A DNA stretch of 30,357 nucleotides from Atribacterota bacterium (GTDB lineage Bacteria; Atribacterota; Phoenicimicrobiia; Phoenicimicrobiales; Phoenicimicrobiaceae), in the NCBI GenBank assembly GCA_030668465.1, contig DAOUTX010000001.1, positions 1 to 30,357 on the forward strand, read 5' to 3'. A program made the translations under genes and the position numbers. Shown here piece by piece: positions 7,226-15,380 of the stretch. Position 1 is the stretch's first letter. The number at the start of each line of letters is the position of its first letter. The notes under the pieces were generated by a model that searched no databases, was not told where the DNA came from, and saw only the letters and a program-made list of their open reading frames with translations.

Positions 7226-9955
7226 TTATGTTGAAATTTCCTTTACCGGTGGTACATACTTTTTTAACATCAGAGAAAGGCTTATCACAGTTACAGAGCT
7301 CATAGCCATAGCTAACCCTGCAAGTTCAGGCCTAAAAGTAATTCCGAAAAAAGGGTATAATATTCCTGCCGCTACCGGAATTAGAGCAGTATTATAAGCA
7401 AAAGCCCAAAATATATTTTGTTTAATTCTCGATATCACTTTTTTACTTAATTGTATAGCTGCCACTGCATCCAAAAGATCATCCTTTATAAGTACTATAT
7501 CTCCGGTTTCTATTGCTACATCTGTCCCGCTGCCTATAGCAATACCCACATCTGCCTGAGCAAGGGCTGGTGCATCATTAATTCCATCACCTACAAAGGC
7601 AACTACCTCCCCTTTCTCTTGAAGTTTTTGTACTTCCTTTGCTTTATCATGAGGTAAGACTTCTGCTAACACATTTACAATTCCAGCTTGTTTGGCGATT
7701 GCGTTTGCAGTTCTAATATTATCACCGGTAATCATAAAAATATTAAATCTCATATCTTTAAATTCCTTAATTGCACTTTTGGTTGTTCCTTTTAACGTAT
7801 CAGTAATAGCTATCATACCAGCCATCTTGTTATTAAAAGCAATCAGCATTACTGTCTTTCCTTCGTTTTCAAATTGAAAAATATTGTTCTCAATCCCTTC
7901 AGGTAGTAAAATATTTTTCTCTTTTAAAAGAATTCTGTTGCCTATTAGTATTTCTTTTTCTTCTACTTTTGCTATTACACCTTTCCCCCTAAAAGTGTTA
8001 AAATATTCGCTACTAAGAAGTTCAATCCCACTATCTATTGATTTTTTTACAATTGCTTCAGCAAGAGGATGTTTAGAATTCTTTTCCACACTTGCCGTAA
8101 ATTTTAGTAGTGTTCTATTTTCAACTTCAATACCGATTATATCTGTAACCTCCGGTTTCCCTTTAGTAAGAGTTCCGGTTTTATCAAATATTATAGTGGT
8201 CAATTTCTCAGATCTTTCCAGAGCTTCTCCATTTTTAATAAGAACACCAAGCTCAGCTCCCCGGCCTACTCCTACCGTCACAGCAGTAGGAGTAGCCAGA
8301 CCAAGTGCACACGGGCAAGCAATAACTAAAACTGAAATTAAATTAGTTAACGCGAAAAGAAAACTATTATCAAGAATTAAATACCAGACCACAAAAGAAA
8401 GAAGAGCAATTATTAATACTGTGGGAATAAAATAATTTACCGCTTTATCTGCAATTCTTTGAATGGGTGGCTTTGAGCTCTGAGCTTCTTCTACAAGTTT
8501 TATGATTTGAGATAGCATGGTATCTCTTCCTACTTTGGTTGCTACAAATCTTATTACACCATTTTTATTAATGGTTCCTCCAACAATCTTGTCACCTTTT
8601 TCTTTTAATGGTGAAATGGACTCTCCAGTAATCATTGATTCATCCACAAAACTCTCACCATCAATAACTTCACCATCCACAGGGATTTTTTCTCCTGGTT
8701 TGACTATTAATATATCATTTAATGCCACCTTTTCTATGGATATTTCCTGCTCTTCAAAAATTGAGAGCAGTTTACTAATCAACATATCTTTAGGTGGATA
8801 TACAAAGATTCTATTATTATAATTGTAAACTCTGCAGATAAATAATTTATTAACCTTTCCTTCTATATCTCTTTTATTCAATAAAATAGTTGGTGATCCG
8901 TAAAAGGAATAATCTTTAAAATTCTCTTTAGTTACTTCTATTAACTTGATAGGGGCAGAAATATTCAACTTCTTTAGAGCATCTTTTACTTGTTCTGCTG
9001 ACTTGTTATAGTTCGGGCAATCTCTAAAATATAAGATTTCTATATCTATATTTTTGGGCCTTAAAATGTCAGCGGTCTTTGGTTGTAAACCCATTAATTT
9101 TTTAATCGCTTCTGATGTCTTCCCTTTTGCCCTTGATTCCAAATACCGTCCCATGGTAAGAAAGGTAGCTAAAAAAATTGCTGTCTCATAAAATAAAAAT
9201 CTACTGGAAAGTATAAAATTAAAAGTAGCCAAAAGACTTGCTCCAAAAGCAACCCCTATCCCCATAGAATACATTACATCCATATTTAAACTCTTATTTT
9301 TTAAAGAACGATAAGCAGCAGTAAAAATAGGATGGCTTATATAAATAAAAGCAGGAGTTGAAATAAGCAACATTAAATAAGCCGTTGAAATAGGTAAATT
9401 AATAGGAATATACATAAGAATCATCAAAAGAGTACCGGTAGTAAACCCCACAATAATTCGGTTGCGTTTTTCTTTTAAATCCTTTTCTCTTGTAACTTTT
9501 TCAAAATCTTCTGTTTTTTCTCCTTCTATACCTAAGAATTGATATCCGGCTTCTTCAATATTTCTTCTCATGTCGGCTTGGGTTACAATATTTGGATTAT
9601 AAATAACAATTGCTTTTTCACCAGCAAGATTAATATTAACCTCTATGATTCCATCCAATCTCAGGAGAGAATTTTCTATTGTTTTTACGCAAGTAGCACA
9701 AGTCATCCCTCCAATTTTTAGAACGACTTTATCGTTTATTATTTGGTAACCTGCGTTCTTTATGGCTTTGTCTAAATCAGTAAACCTTAGCTTTAAAAAA
9801 TCATATTCTACTGCAACGCTCTCGTTCCCAAGATTCACTTGCGCATTGATGACACCATTCAGATTTATTAATGACTTCTCAATTGTTGTGGCACACATTG
9901 CGCAAGTCATTCCAGAAATCTTAAGTTCAATTTTTTTAGTCTTTTCCAAAAACAT
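7226..9955 (-). CDS. copA: Cu(I)-exporting P1B-1 ATPase with two N-terminal HMA domains and an extra ~100-aa insertion
   Basis: GMTCAMC and GMTCATC HMA motifs, TGES, CPCALGLATP, DKTGT, HP, GDGINDAPALA, YN and MAMSS Cu(I) ligands; insertion at about aa 300-400. Confidence 0.96.
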   Translation of the reverse strand: MFLEKTKKIELKISGMTCAMCATTIEKSLINLNGVINAQVNLGNESVAVEYDFLKLRFTDLDKAIKNAGYQIINDKVVLKIGGMTCATCVKTIENSLLRLDGIIEVNINLAGEKAIVIYNPNIVTQADMRRNIEEAGYQFLGIEGEKTEDFEKVTREKDLKEKRNRIIVGFTTGTLLMILMYIPINLPISTAYLMLLISTPAFIYISHPIFTAAYRSLKNKSLNMDVMYSMGIGVAFGASLLATFNFILSSRFLFYETAIFLATFLTMGRYLESRAKGKTSEAIKKLMGLQPKTADILRPKNIDIEILYFRDCPNYNKSAEQVKDALKKLNISAPIKLIEVTKENFKDYSFYGSPTILLNKRDIEGKVNKLFICRVYNYNNRIFVYPPKDMLISKLLSIFEEQEISIEKVALNDILIVKPGEKIPVDGEVIDGESFVDESMITGESISPLKEKGDKIVGGTINKNGVIRFVATKVGRDTMLSQIIKLVEEAQSSKPPIQRIADKAVNYFIPTVLIIALLSFVVWYLILDNSFLFALTNLISVLVIACPCALGLATPTAVTVGVGRGAELGVLIKNGEALERSEKLTTIIFDKTGTLTKGKPEVTDIIGIEVENRTLLKFTASVEKNSKHPLAEAIVKKSIDSGIELLSSEYFNTFRGKGVIAKVEEKEILIGNRILLKEKNILLPEGIENNIFQFENEGKTVMLIAFNNKMAGMIAITDTLKGTTKSAIKEFKDMRFNIFMITGDNIRTANAIAKQAGIVNVLAEVLPHDKAKEVQKLQEKGEVVAFVGDGINDAPALAQADVGIAIGSGTDVAIETGDIVLIKDDLLDAVAAIQLSKKVISRIKQNIFWAFAYNTALIPVAAGILYPFFGITFRPELAGLAMAMSSVTVISLSLMLKKYVPPVKEIST

Positions 9956-10009
9956 GTTCTTGCCTCATAGACAATTAAATTTTTACTTTTTATTCTTATG
10001 CACAACTCT

Positions 10010-10918
10010 TTAAGGCGGACATTTTCCACATATTGACCTGAATAAGTTAGTACTTAAGTAACGGTCTCCCCGATCAGGTAAAATTACTACGATTATTCCA
10101 GAATCCATTTTTTTGGCCATGCGCAAGGCTCCTACAATTGCAGCACCACTGGACATGCCTACAAAAATACCTTCTTTAGTGGCAAGTAATCTGGTTACCT
10201 CGTAAGCTGGGTCATCCTCAACGGTAATTTTCTCATCTAATTTTTCTGAATGATATATCTTGGGGACAATTGATTCTTGCATATTTTTAAGCCCCTGTAT
10301 TTTATGCGCCATTGTTGGTTCAACTCCTACAACTTTAATTTGCGGCTTCTTTTCCTTGAGATATTTACCCGTCCCCATTAGAGTTCCTCCGGTCCCCATA
10401 CCTGCTACAAATACATCAATTTCTCCCTTGGTTTGCGAAAATATTTCTGGCCCGGTGGTCTCATAGTGAGCAAGAACATTATTCTCGTTTTCAAATTGAT
10501 TGGGCATATAATATTTATCAGGCTCTTCGGTAATGAGCTGATGAGCTTTTCTAATAGCACCATCTGTAGTTTCCTTGGCAGGAGTGAGTACAACTTCAGC
10601 ATCAAATGCCTCGATAATACTACGCCTTTCTAAACTCACACATTCAGGCATACAAAGTTTTACTTTATATCCCCTGGCTGCTCCTATCATTGCCAGGGCA
10701 ATTCCAGTATTTCCTGAAGTAGGTTCAAGTATTGTTTTTCCTTTGATAAGTTCACCTGACTCTTCTGCTTTTTTGAGCATATAATAGGCAGGACGATCTT
10801 TTACTGAACCACCAGGATTACTTCCTTCAAGCTTGCCAAAAATTCTTACCTTTGAAATTCCATTTAGATTATTTAACTCAACAAGCGGCGTACTGCCGAT
10901 AGCGGACAACAGGTTCAT
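10010..10918 (-). CDS. cysM: Cysteine synthase (O-acetylserine sulfhydrylase, CysM/CysK family)
   Basis: KLEGSNPGGSVKDR (PLP lysine), EPTSGNTG, NQFEN, GMGTGGT, GMSSGA; C-terminus CGKCPP. CysM versus CysK is a judgement call. Confidence 0.9.
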   Translation of the reverse strand: MNLLSAIGSTPLVELNNLNGISKVRIFGKLEGSNPGGSVKDRPAYYMLKKAEESGELIKGKTILEPTSGNTGIALAMIGAARGYKVKLCMPECVSLERRSIIEAFDAEVVLTPAKETTDGAIRKAHQLITEEPDKYYMPNQFENENNVLAHYETTGPEIFSQTKGEIDVFVAGMGTGGTLMGTGKYLKEKKPQIKVVGVEPTMAHKIQGLKNMQESIVPKIYHSEKLDEKITVEDDPAYEVTRLLATKEGIFVGMSSGAAIVGALRMAKKMDSGIIVVILPDRGDRYLSTNLFRSICGKCPP

Positions 10919-10988
10919 AATTTTCTCCTAAACGTCTTTTTATTTCCTAATTTTTTATAACTATTTTATATCCCGTATAAGGAATTAA

Positions 10989-11303
10989 TTAACTTTTCAA
11001 AACTTTTTTCATTTTTTCAAATTCTTTTTCGGTAATTTCTCCCTTTGCAAATCGTTCTTTGATAATATCTAAGGAAGTTTCGCTAAATCCCCCAGTATAT
11101 CTATTTGATTTTGTATTGGTAATGATAAAATAAATTATCAATCCAATAACAATTGCAAATATGAACATCATAAACATTCCCCCTCCATAGCCAAAATTCA
11201 TCATTTGATTCCACCCCCATGTAAATCCACAGCCCTCTACATCAGCAAATGCAAGAACTGGAAAAATAAATAATATTACAAAAACCATAATCAATACCCT
11301 CAT
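10989..11303 (-). CDS. SHOCT-domain membrane protein with a Met/Gly-rich segment
   Basis: Start moved to ATG 11303 (GAGGTG RBS). Signal-like N-terminus, WGWNQMMNFGYGGGMFMM, a TM segment, C-terminal LDIIKERFAKGEITEKEFEKMKKVL. Confidence 0.85.
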   Translation of the reverse strand: MRVLIMVFVILFIFPVLAFADVEGCGFTWGWNQMMNFGYGGGMFMMFIFAIVIGLIIYFIITNTKSNRYTGGFSETSLDIIKERFAKGEITEKEFEKMKKVLKS

Positions 11304-11352
11304 AAATTTCACCTCTTTTTTATTTAAAATATGCGAAATAGGATAGTAATAA

Positions 11353-11769
11353 TTAGTCTATTTCTTTTTGCGAGTTCATTAAATCCTCCAAAGTAATAGA
11401 GCTAAGTTCATCGGAAATTTTTTCATCCAATTTTTCCCAGACACCTCGAGTTGCACATTTGGAAACCCTGGAACAAATAGAGGGATTTTTTACACATTCC
11501 ACACAACTTATGCCCCCTTCAAGGGTTTGCACAATCTCTTTGAGAGTTATTTGGGAAGGAGATTTAGCTAACTTATACCCTCCGTGGGCTCCTCGAGAAG
11601 AGCTTATCAACCCGCTTGCCCTAAGGGGGATAACCAGGTGACTTAAATATTTTTCGGAAATCTCTTCCTTTTCGGCAATATCCTTCAAAAAGATAGTTCC
11701 CTTATCAAAATTTAAGGCTAATTCTAACATTAACCTTGTACCATATCTTGCTCTGGTAGAGAGCCTCAT
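11353..11769 (-). CDS. Rrf2-family transcriptional regulator (IscR/CymR-like, Cys-rich)
   Basis: Start moved to ATG 11769 (GAGGTG RBS). MRLSTRARYG, EISEKYLSHL, SSRGAHGGYKLAK, EGGISCVECVKNPSICSRVSKCATRGVW. Confidence 0.95.
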   Translation of the reverse strand: MRLSTRARYGTRLMLELALNFDKGTIFLKDIAEKEEISEKYLSHLVIPLRASGLISSSRGAHGGYKLAKSPSQITLKEIVQTLEGGISCVECVKNPSICSRVSKCATRGVWEKLDEKISDELSSITLEDLMNSQKEID

Positions 11770-11786
11770 AAAATTCACCTCGCTTA

Positions 11787-11818
11787 ATTACTACTATTAC
11801 TATTACTTTAGTAGTGAT
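11787..11818. promoter_or_regulatory. Palindromic operator, copy B (ATTACTACT-N14-AGTAGTGAT), over the rrf2 -10/start region
   Basis: Inverted arms TAATTACTACTA (11785-11796) and TAGTAGTGATTA (11809-11820) with one mismatch; matches the site at 6588. Confidence 0.75.
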
Positions 11819-11845
11819 TATAATATAAAAAAATATTTTTGTCAA
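11817..11845 (-). promoter_or_regulatory. Consensus sigma70 promoter of the rrf2 operon
   Basis: TTGACA (11845-11840), 17-bp spacer, TATAAT (11822-11817): an exact consensus. Confidence 0.9.
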
Positions 11846-11866
11846 CTATTAATATTTTCGTACCTA

Positions 11867-12044
11867 GTATCTCGTGGATCGTATCTCGTATAAAATACAG
11901 TAACAAGTAATATGTAATGAGTAATAAGATTACAGTTATGATTTTACAAAAACAATTTATTTAATACATTTCACACATTACACAATTTAACTGGTAAACA
12001 GGAAAACTGGTTAATTGGGTAAATAAAAACTGTGAACCGGAAAC
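11867..12044. repeat. Mosaic of short periodic 7- and 8-mer tracts
   Basis: GTATCTC-based tract at 11867; AGTAACA AGTAATA TGTAATG AGTAATA (11899-11926); TTAACTGG TAAACAGG AAAACTGG TTAATTGG (11987-12018); TAAAAAC TGTGAAC CGGAAAC (12024-12044). Confidence 0.6.
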
Positions 12045-12049
12045 ATTTT

Positions 12050-13123
12050 TTAAATATTAAATCGAAAATTGATAATATCTCCGTCTTCGATTATAGCATC
12101 TTTCCCTTCAATCTTTAGTAACCCTTTTTCTTTTACTGTATGCATAGAACCAAGAGTAACCAAATCCTGATACCTGGCTATCTCTGCCCGGATAAAACCT
12201 CTTTCTATGTCTGAATGTACTTTTCCGGCGGCTTTCACTGCATGGGTATCTTTTTTAATAGCCCATGCTCGAACTTCATCCTTGACTACTGTAAAAAAGG
12301 TGATTAGCCCTAAATGTTCATAACTTACCCGGCACAATCTTTCAATTCCTGATTTTTTTAGCCCCAGGTCCTCTAAAAATACCTGTCTCTCTTCTGGTTC
12401 CAGTTGACTTATTTCCATCTCCATTTTTCCACAAATGTTTATGCTCACTATATTATTATCTTTTATAAGTTGGTTTAATTCCTCTTTCCGGGGAAATACA
12501 TTAGATCTAAATTGTTCCTCACTAAGATTTAGAGCAATAATTATTGGCTTTAGAGTATAAAAACTAAAACCGCTTATTCTCTTTATTTCATCTTCCGTAA
12601 ATTCAAAGCTGGAGAGAAATTTATCATCGTTAAGATATTGACCACATTTTTCTAAAACCTCTTCTTCTATTAATTCATCATGAGTTAATTCTTTCTTAGA
12701 TTTCTTTAAATTACCTAAGCGATTCTCTACTACCTCTAAATCTCTAAGTAAGAGTTCACATATTAAATTTTCAACTTGAACAACAGGATCTTTTTCTCCC
12801 GCAACCGTTGGGTCTTCAAATAATCTGATGGCAAATAATAGGACATCAACATCCTGGATTAAATTAAATATCTCTGCTTTATCCTTTTGGAGTAATTCAG
12901 GTGAAATTCCACCGATGTCCACAAATTCAATAGTGGCATAAGTGGTCTTTTTTGGTGTGAAAAGGGAACTCAAAAAATCGACTCTCTGATCGTAAACAAT
13001 AGCAATTCCAATATTCTTTGTGCCTTTTGAGGAAAATGTAGAAACTTCTTTATTCTGGCCGGTTAAAAGATTAAACAGAGTGGTCTTCCCCGTTAAAGGC
13101 ATCCCCACAATTCCAATTTTCAT
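12050..13123 (-). CDS. ychF: YchF/Obg-like NTPase, divergent member with a C-terminal TGS (DUF933) domain
   Basis: MKIGIVGMPLTGKTTLFNLLTG, EFVDIGG, LITFFTV, EVRAWAI, AAGKVHSDIERGFIRAE, IIEDGDIINFRFN. Confidence 0.85.
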   Translation of the reverse strand: MKIGIVGMPLTGKTTLFNLLTGQNKEVSTFSSKGTKNIGIAIVYDQRVDFLSSLFTPKKTTYATIEFVDIGGISPELLQKDKAEIFNLIQDVDVLLFAIRLFEDPTVAGEKDPVVQVENLICELLLRDLEVVENRLGNLKKSKKELTHDELIEEEVLEKCGQYLNDDKFLSSFEFTEDEIKRISGFSFYTLKPIIIALNLSEEQFRSNVFPRKEELNQLIKDNNIVSINICGKMEMEISQLEPEERQVFLEDLGLKKSGIERLCRVSYEHLGLITFFTVVKDEVRAWAIKKDTHAVKAAGKVHSDIERGFIRAEIARYQDLVTLGSMHTVKEKGLLKIEGKDAIIEDGDIINFRFNI

Positions 13124-13150
13124 TTCTTCTTCCCTCCCACTTTATATCTT

Positions 13151-13184
13151 GTATCTCGCGAATCGTATCTCGTAAAGAAACAGT
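13151..13184. repeat. Imperfect ~35-bp direct repeat; the other copy is at 11867-11901
   Basis: GTATCTCGCGAATCGTATCTCGTA-AAGAAACAGT versus GTATCTCGTGGATCGTATCTCGTATAAAATACAGT. Confidence 0.8.
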
Positions 13185-13192
13185 TTTATTTC

Positions 13193-13201
13193 ATTATAGC
13201 A
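13193..13201 (-). promoter_or_regulatory. Possible extended -10 promoter for the ychF-like gene
   Basis: Minus strand TGCTATAAT (TGnTATAAT) about 70 bp upstream of the ATG; no good -35. Confidence 0.45.
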
Positions 13202-13290
13202 AATGCATTTCAAAAATAAAAATAATGTAAATTTGAAAAAATAAGAGAAGATAAAAATATTAGAAAACCGAAGGAAGAAATTTATAAAAA

Positions 13291-13962
13291 TTACGTCTTA
13301 TTTATCTTTCCGTTATCCATCAGGTAAATACAATTAGTAGTCTCTTTTAAAAATTTTTTATCATGAGAAATAATTATGTAGGATAAATAGGGATGACTAT
13401 TTAATATTTGAACTATCTTTTCAATAGTTCCCTCATCAAGCCAGATTGTAGGTTCATCAAGTAATAAAATCTCCGGCTGCATTGCCCATACCGTAGCTAG
13501 AGAAACTAATCTTTTTTCTCCATAAGAAAGATTATAGGTAATTCTATCTTCAAAGCCAGCTAATCCGAGAGTCTCCAAAGTTTCTTTTAAGATTTTTTTA
13601 GTTTCCTGATGATTTTTTCTTAAGTTTAGAGGACCAAAGGCAATATCTTCAGCCACAGTAGGGCTGAATAATTGATCATCCGGATCCTGAAAAAGAAGGC
13701 CAATTCTTTCTCTGACTTCCACAAAATTATTCTCTACTTTTCGTTCTTTTCCAAAAATTTCTATTTTCCCTCCCGAAGGATTTAAAAGACCCATAATAAG
13801 ATGGAATAGAGTAGTCTTCCCACTTCCATTGAGCCCAACTAGGCCAATCCTCTCTCCTTTGAAAAAATTAAAACTAAACTTTTTAAATATATAATCCCGG
13901 GAGGGGTAGGCAAAGGAAAGGTCAACAAATTTGATTACGGATTCCTTTTCTTTTTCTTTCAT
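13291..13962 (-). CDS. cbiO: ECF transporter ATPase (CbiO/NikO)
   Basis: Start moved to ATG 13962 (ATGA overlap with the cbiQ stop). GLNGSGKT, LLFQDPDDQLFSPTVAEDIAFGP, LSYGEKR, LLDEPT, SHD. Confidence 0.93.
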   Translation of the reverse strand: MKEKEKESVIKFVDLSFAYPSRDYIFKKFSFNFFKGERIGLVGLNGSGKTTLFHLIMGLLNPSGGKIEIFGKERKVENNFVEVRERIGLLFQDPDDQLFSPTVAEDIAFGPLNLRKNHQETKKILKETLETLGLAGFEDRITYNLSYGEKRLVSLATVWAMQPEILLLDEPTIWLDEGTIEKIVQILNSHPYLSYIIISHDKKFLKETTNCIYLMDNGKINKT

Positions 13963-14711
13963 GACAGTAACACCAATCCCATAACACAACTTATCATCAC
14001 AATTCCCGCTGCAAAATCAGCTTTTTTGGAAACAAAATGATTTAAAGTCCAAAATTTGCCCTTAAACCCTCGGCACAGCATAGCATTATAAACTCTCTTG
14101 GAGCGGTCATAACTTCTAACTAACATCATCCCCACTAAATAGGCATAAGTCTTGTAAGTGTGGAGATTGGTCTGCGGTTTAAATCCCCTTATTTTCAAAG
14201 CATTATTTAATCTGATATATTCAGAATGAATGGTATGGATATAACGATAAGTAAAGAAAAATAACTGAACCAATTTATCAGGAAGATGCAAATGCCGCAG
14301 GGCATGGACCAGATTAAATATTGAAGAAGTAGAAAGGAGTGCAATCCCAACTAAAATAATAGAGTTAGATTTTATAGTAATTAAAAGGGCATATTTGATG
14401 CCTTCTTGAGAAATACCTAACGATCCTAAAGTATAAACTTTTTCACCCTGAAAGGTAAATGGGAGCATCAACCATAATAAAAAGATAAAACTATTCACCA
14501 CTAAAAGACGGGAAATCACTTCTTTGGTCCTTAAACGGGCAACAATCACTGCTGCTACAGCAAGGAATAAAGCACCCCATAATGAGGTATATTTATCGCT
14601 GACAGCAACAATTACTGAAAACAATAAAGTCACAACAATCTTTACCCGCGGATCGAGCTTATGAAAAAAAGAATCCCCTTTCGAAAATTTTTCTTTAATC
14701 AAATTAATCAC
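13959..14711 (-). CDS. cbiQ: ECF transporter T component (CbiQ/NikQ)
   Basis: HKLDPRVK, LFFFTYRYI, ALKIRGF, LVRSYDRSKRVYNAMLCRGF (two conserved xRx motifs). Confidence 0.95.
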   Translation of the reverse strand: MINLIKEKFSKGDSFFHKLDPRVKIVVTLLFSVIVAVSDKYTSLWGALFLAVAAVIVARLRTKEVISRLLVVNSFIFLLWLMLPFTFQGEKVYTLGSLGISQEGIKYALLITIKSNSIILVGIALLSTSSIFNLVHALRHLHLPDKLVQLFFFTYRYIHTIHSEYIRLNNALKIRGFKPQTNLHTYKTYAYLVGMMLVRSYDRSKRVYNAMLCRGFKGKFWTLNHFVSKKADFAAGIVMISCVMGLVLLS

Positions 14712-14730
14712 CTAAAAATAAAATTTTAAA

Positions 14731-15312
14731 TTACCTTTTACGGCTTAAAAAATAAGCAATAATTCCAAAAATGCCAATTATATAACCTATGCCCCCAATT
14801 ATCTCGGCGGGAGAAATCTTATCCTCCCGAGATTTCTTAATCTCTCTCATAATCGGCTTTAACTTTTCATCCAGAGTATCTTCAATTATTGATTGAATTT
14901 CTTTCAAGTCAACCAAAGAAGTTTCGGAAGAAACAATAGATACGGGTTCTTCAGGTTCTTCTTTAATCAACCCGACAGCACCCCTTAATTCATCTGCCGA
15001 AATACTATATTCTGCCCGATGCCCCATGCTGGCAGTAAGAACTATTTTTAAATCTCCATCTTCCGAAGGAACTTCTAAAGAAAATTTTCCTTCCTTATCA
15101 GTTAAACCTTCCAATAATTTATTCCCCTGGTTATCGAATACTTCAATCTTAGAATCTATACATTTCTTACCATCGTTAAAATAACTTTCAGTATATATTT
15201 TTTCCCCTTCTACATAAGCAAAGACATTTACTTTGTGGGCAAAGACCGAGACATCCATCATTATAATGGTTAGAAAAGTAAATATCAAAATTAAATACAG
15301 TTTATTTTTCAT
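14731..15312 (-). CDS. NikL/CbiL-like accessory component of the Ni/Co ECF importer
   Basis: Signal peptide then AHKVNVFAYVEG...SYFNDG, GHRAEY, C-terminal TM IIGGIGYIIGIFG; lies between cbiM and cbiQ. Confidence 0.7.
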   Translation of the reverse strand: MKNKLYLILIFTFLTIIMMDVSVFAHKVNVFAYVEGEKIYTESYFNDGKKCIDSKIEVFDNQGNKLLEGLTDKEGKFSLEVPSEDGDLKIVLTASMGHRAEYSISADELRGAVGLIKEEPEEPVSIVSSETSLVDLKEIQSIIEDTLDEKLKPIMREIKKSREDKISPAEIIGGIGYIIGIFGIIAYFLSRKR

Positions 15313-15347
15313 CTTATCTTCCCAATATGATTCTATTTTATTTGATC

Positions 15348-15380
15348 AATCTGTGTAATCTATATTAAATCCGTGTAATC
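15348..15380. repeat. 13-bp direct repeat pair, 20-bp period
   Basis: AATCTGTGTAATC (15348) and AATCCGTGTAATC (15368) at the cbiM stop. Confidence 0.6.

Noticed and set aside
8756-9058. CopA insertion as an intein or mobile element
   Set aside because: No N-terminal Cys/Ser, no terminal His-Asn followed by Cys/Ser/Thr, no endonuclease motif, no terminal repeats or target duplication.
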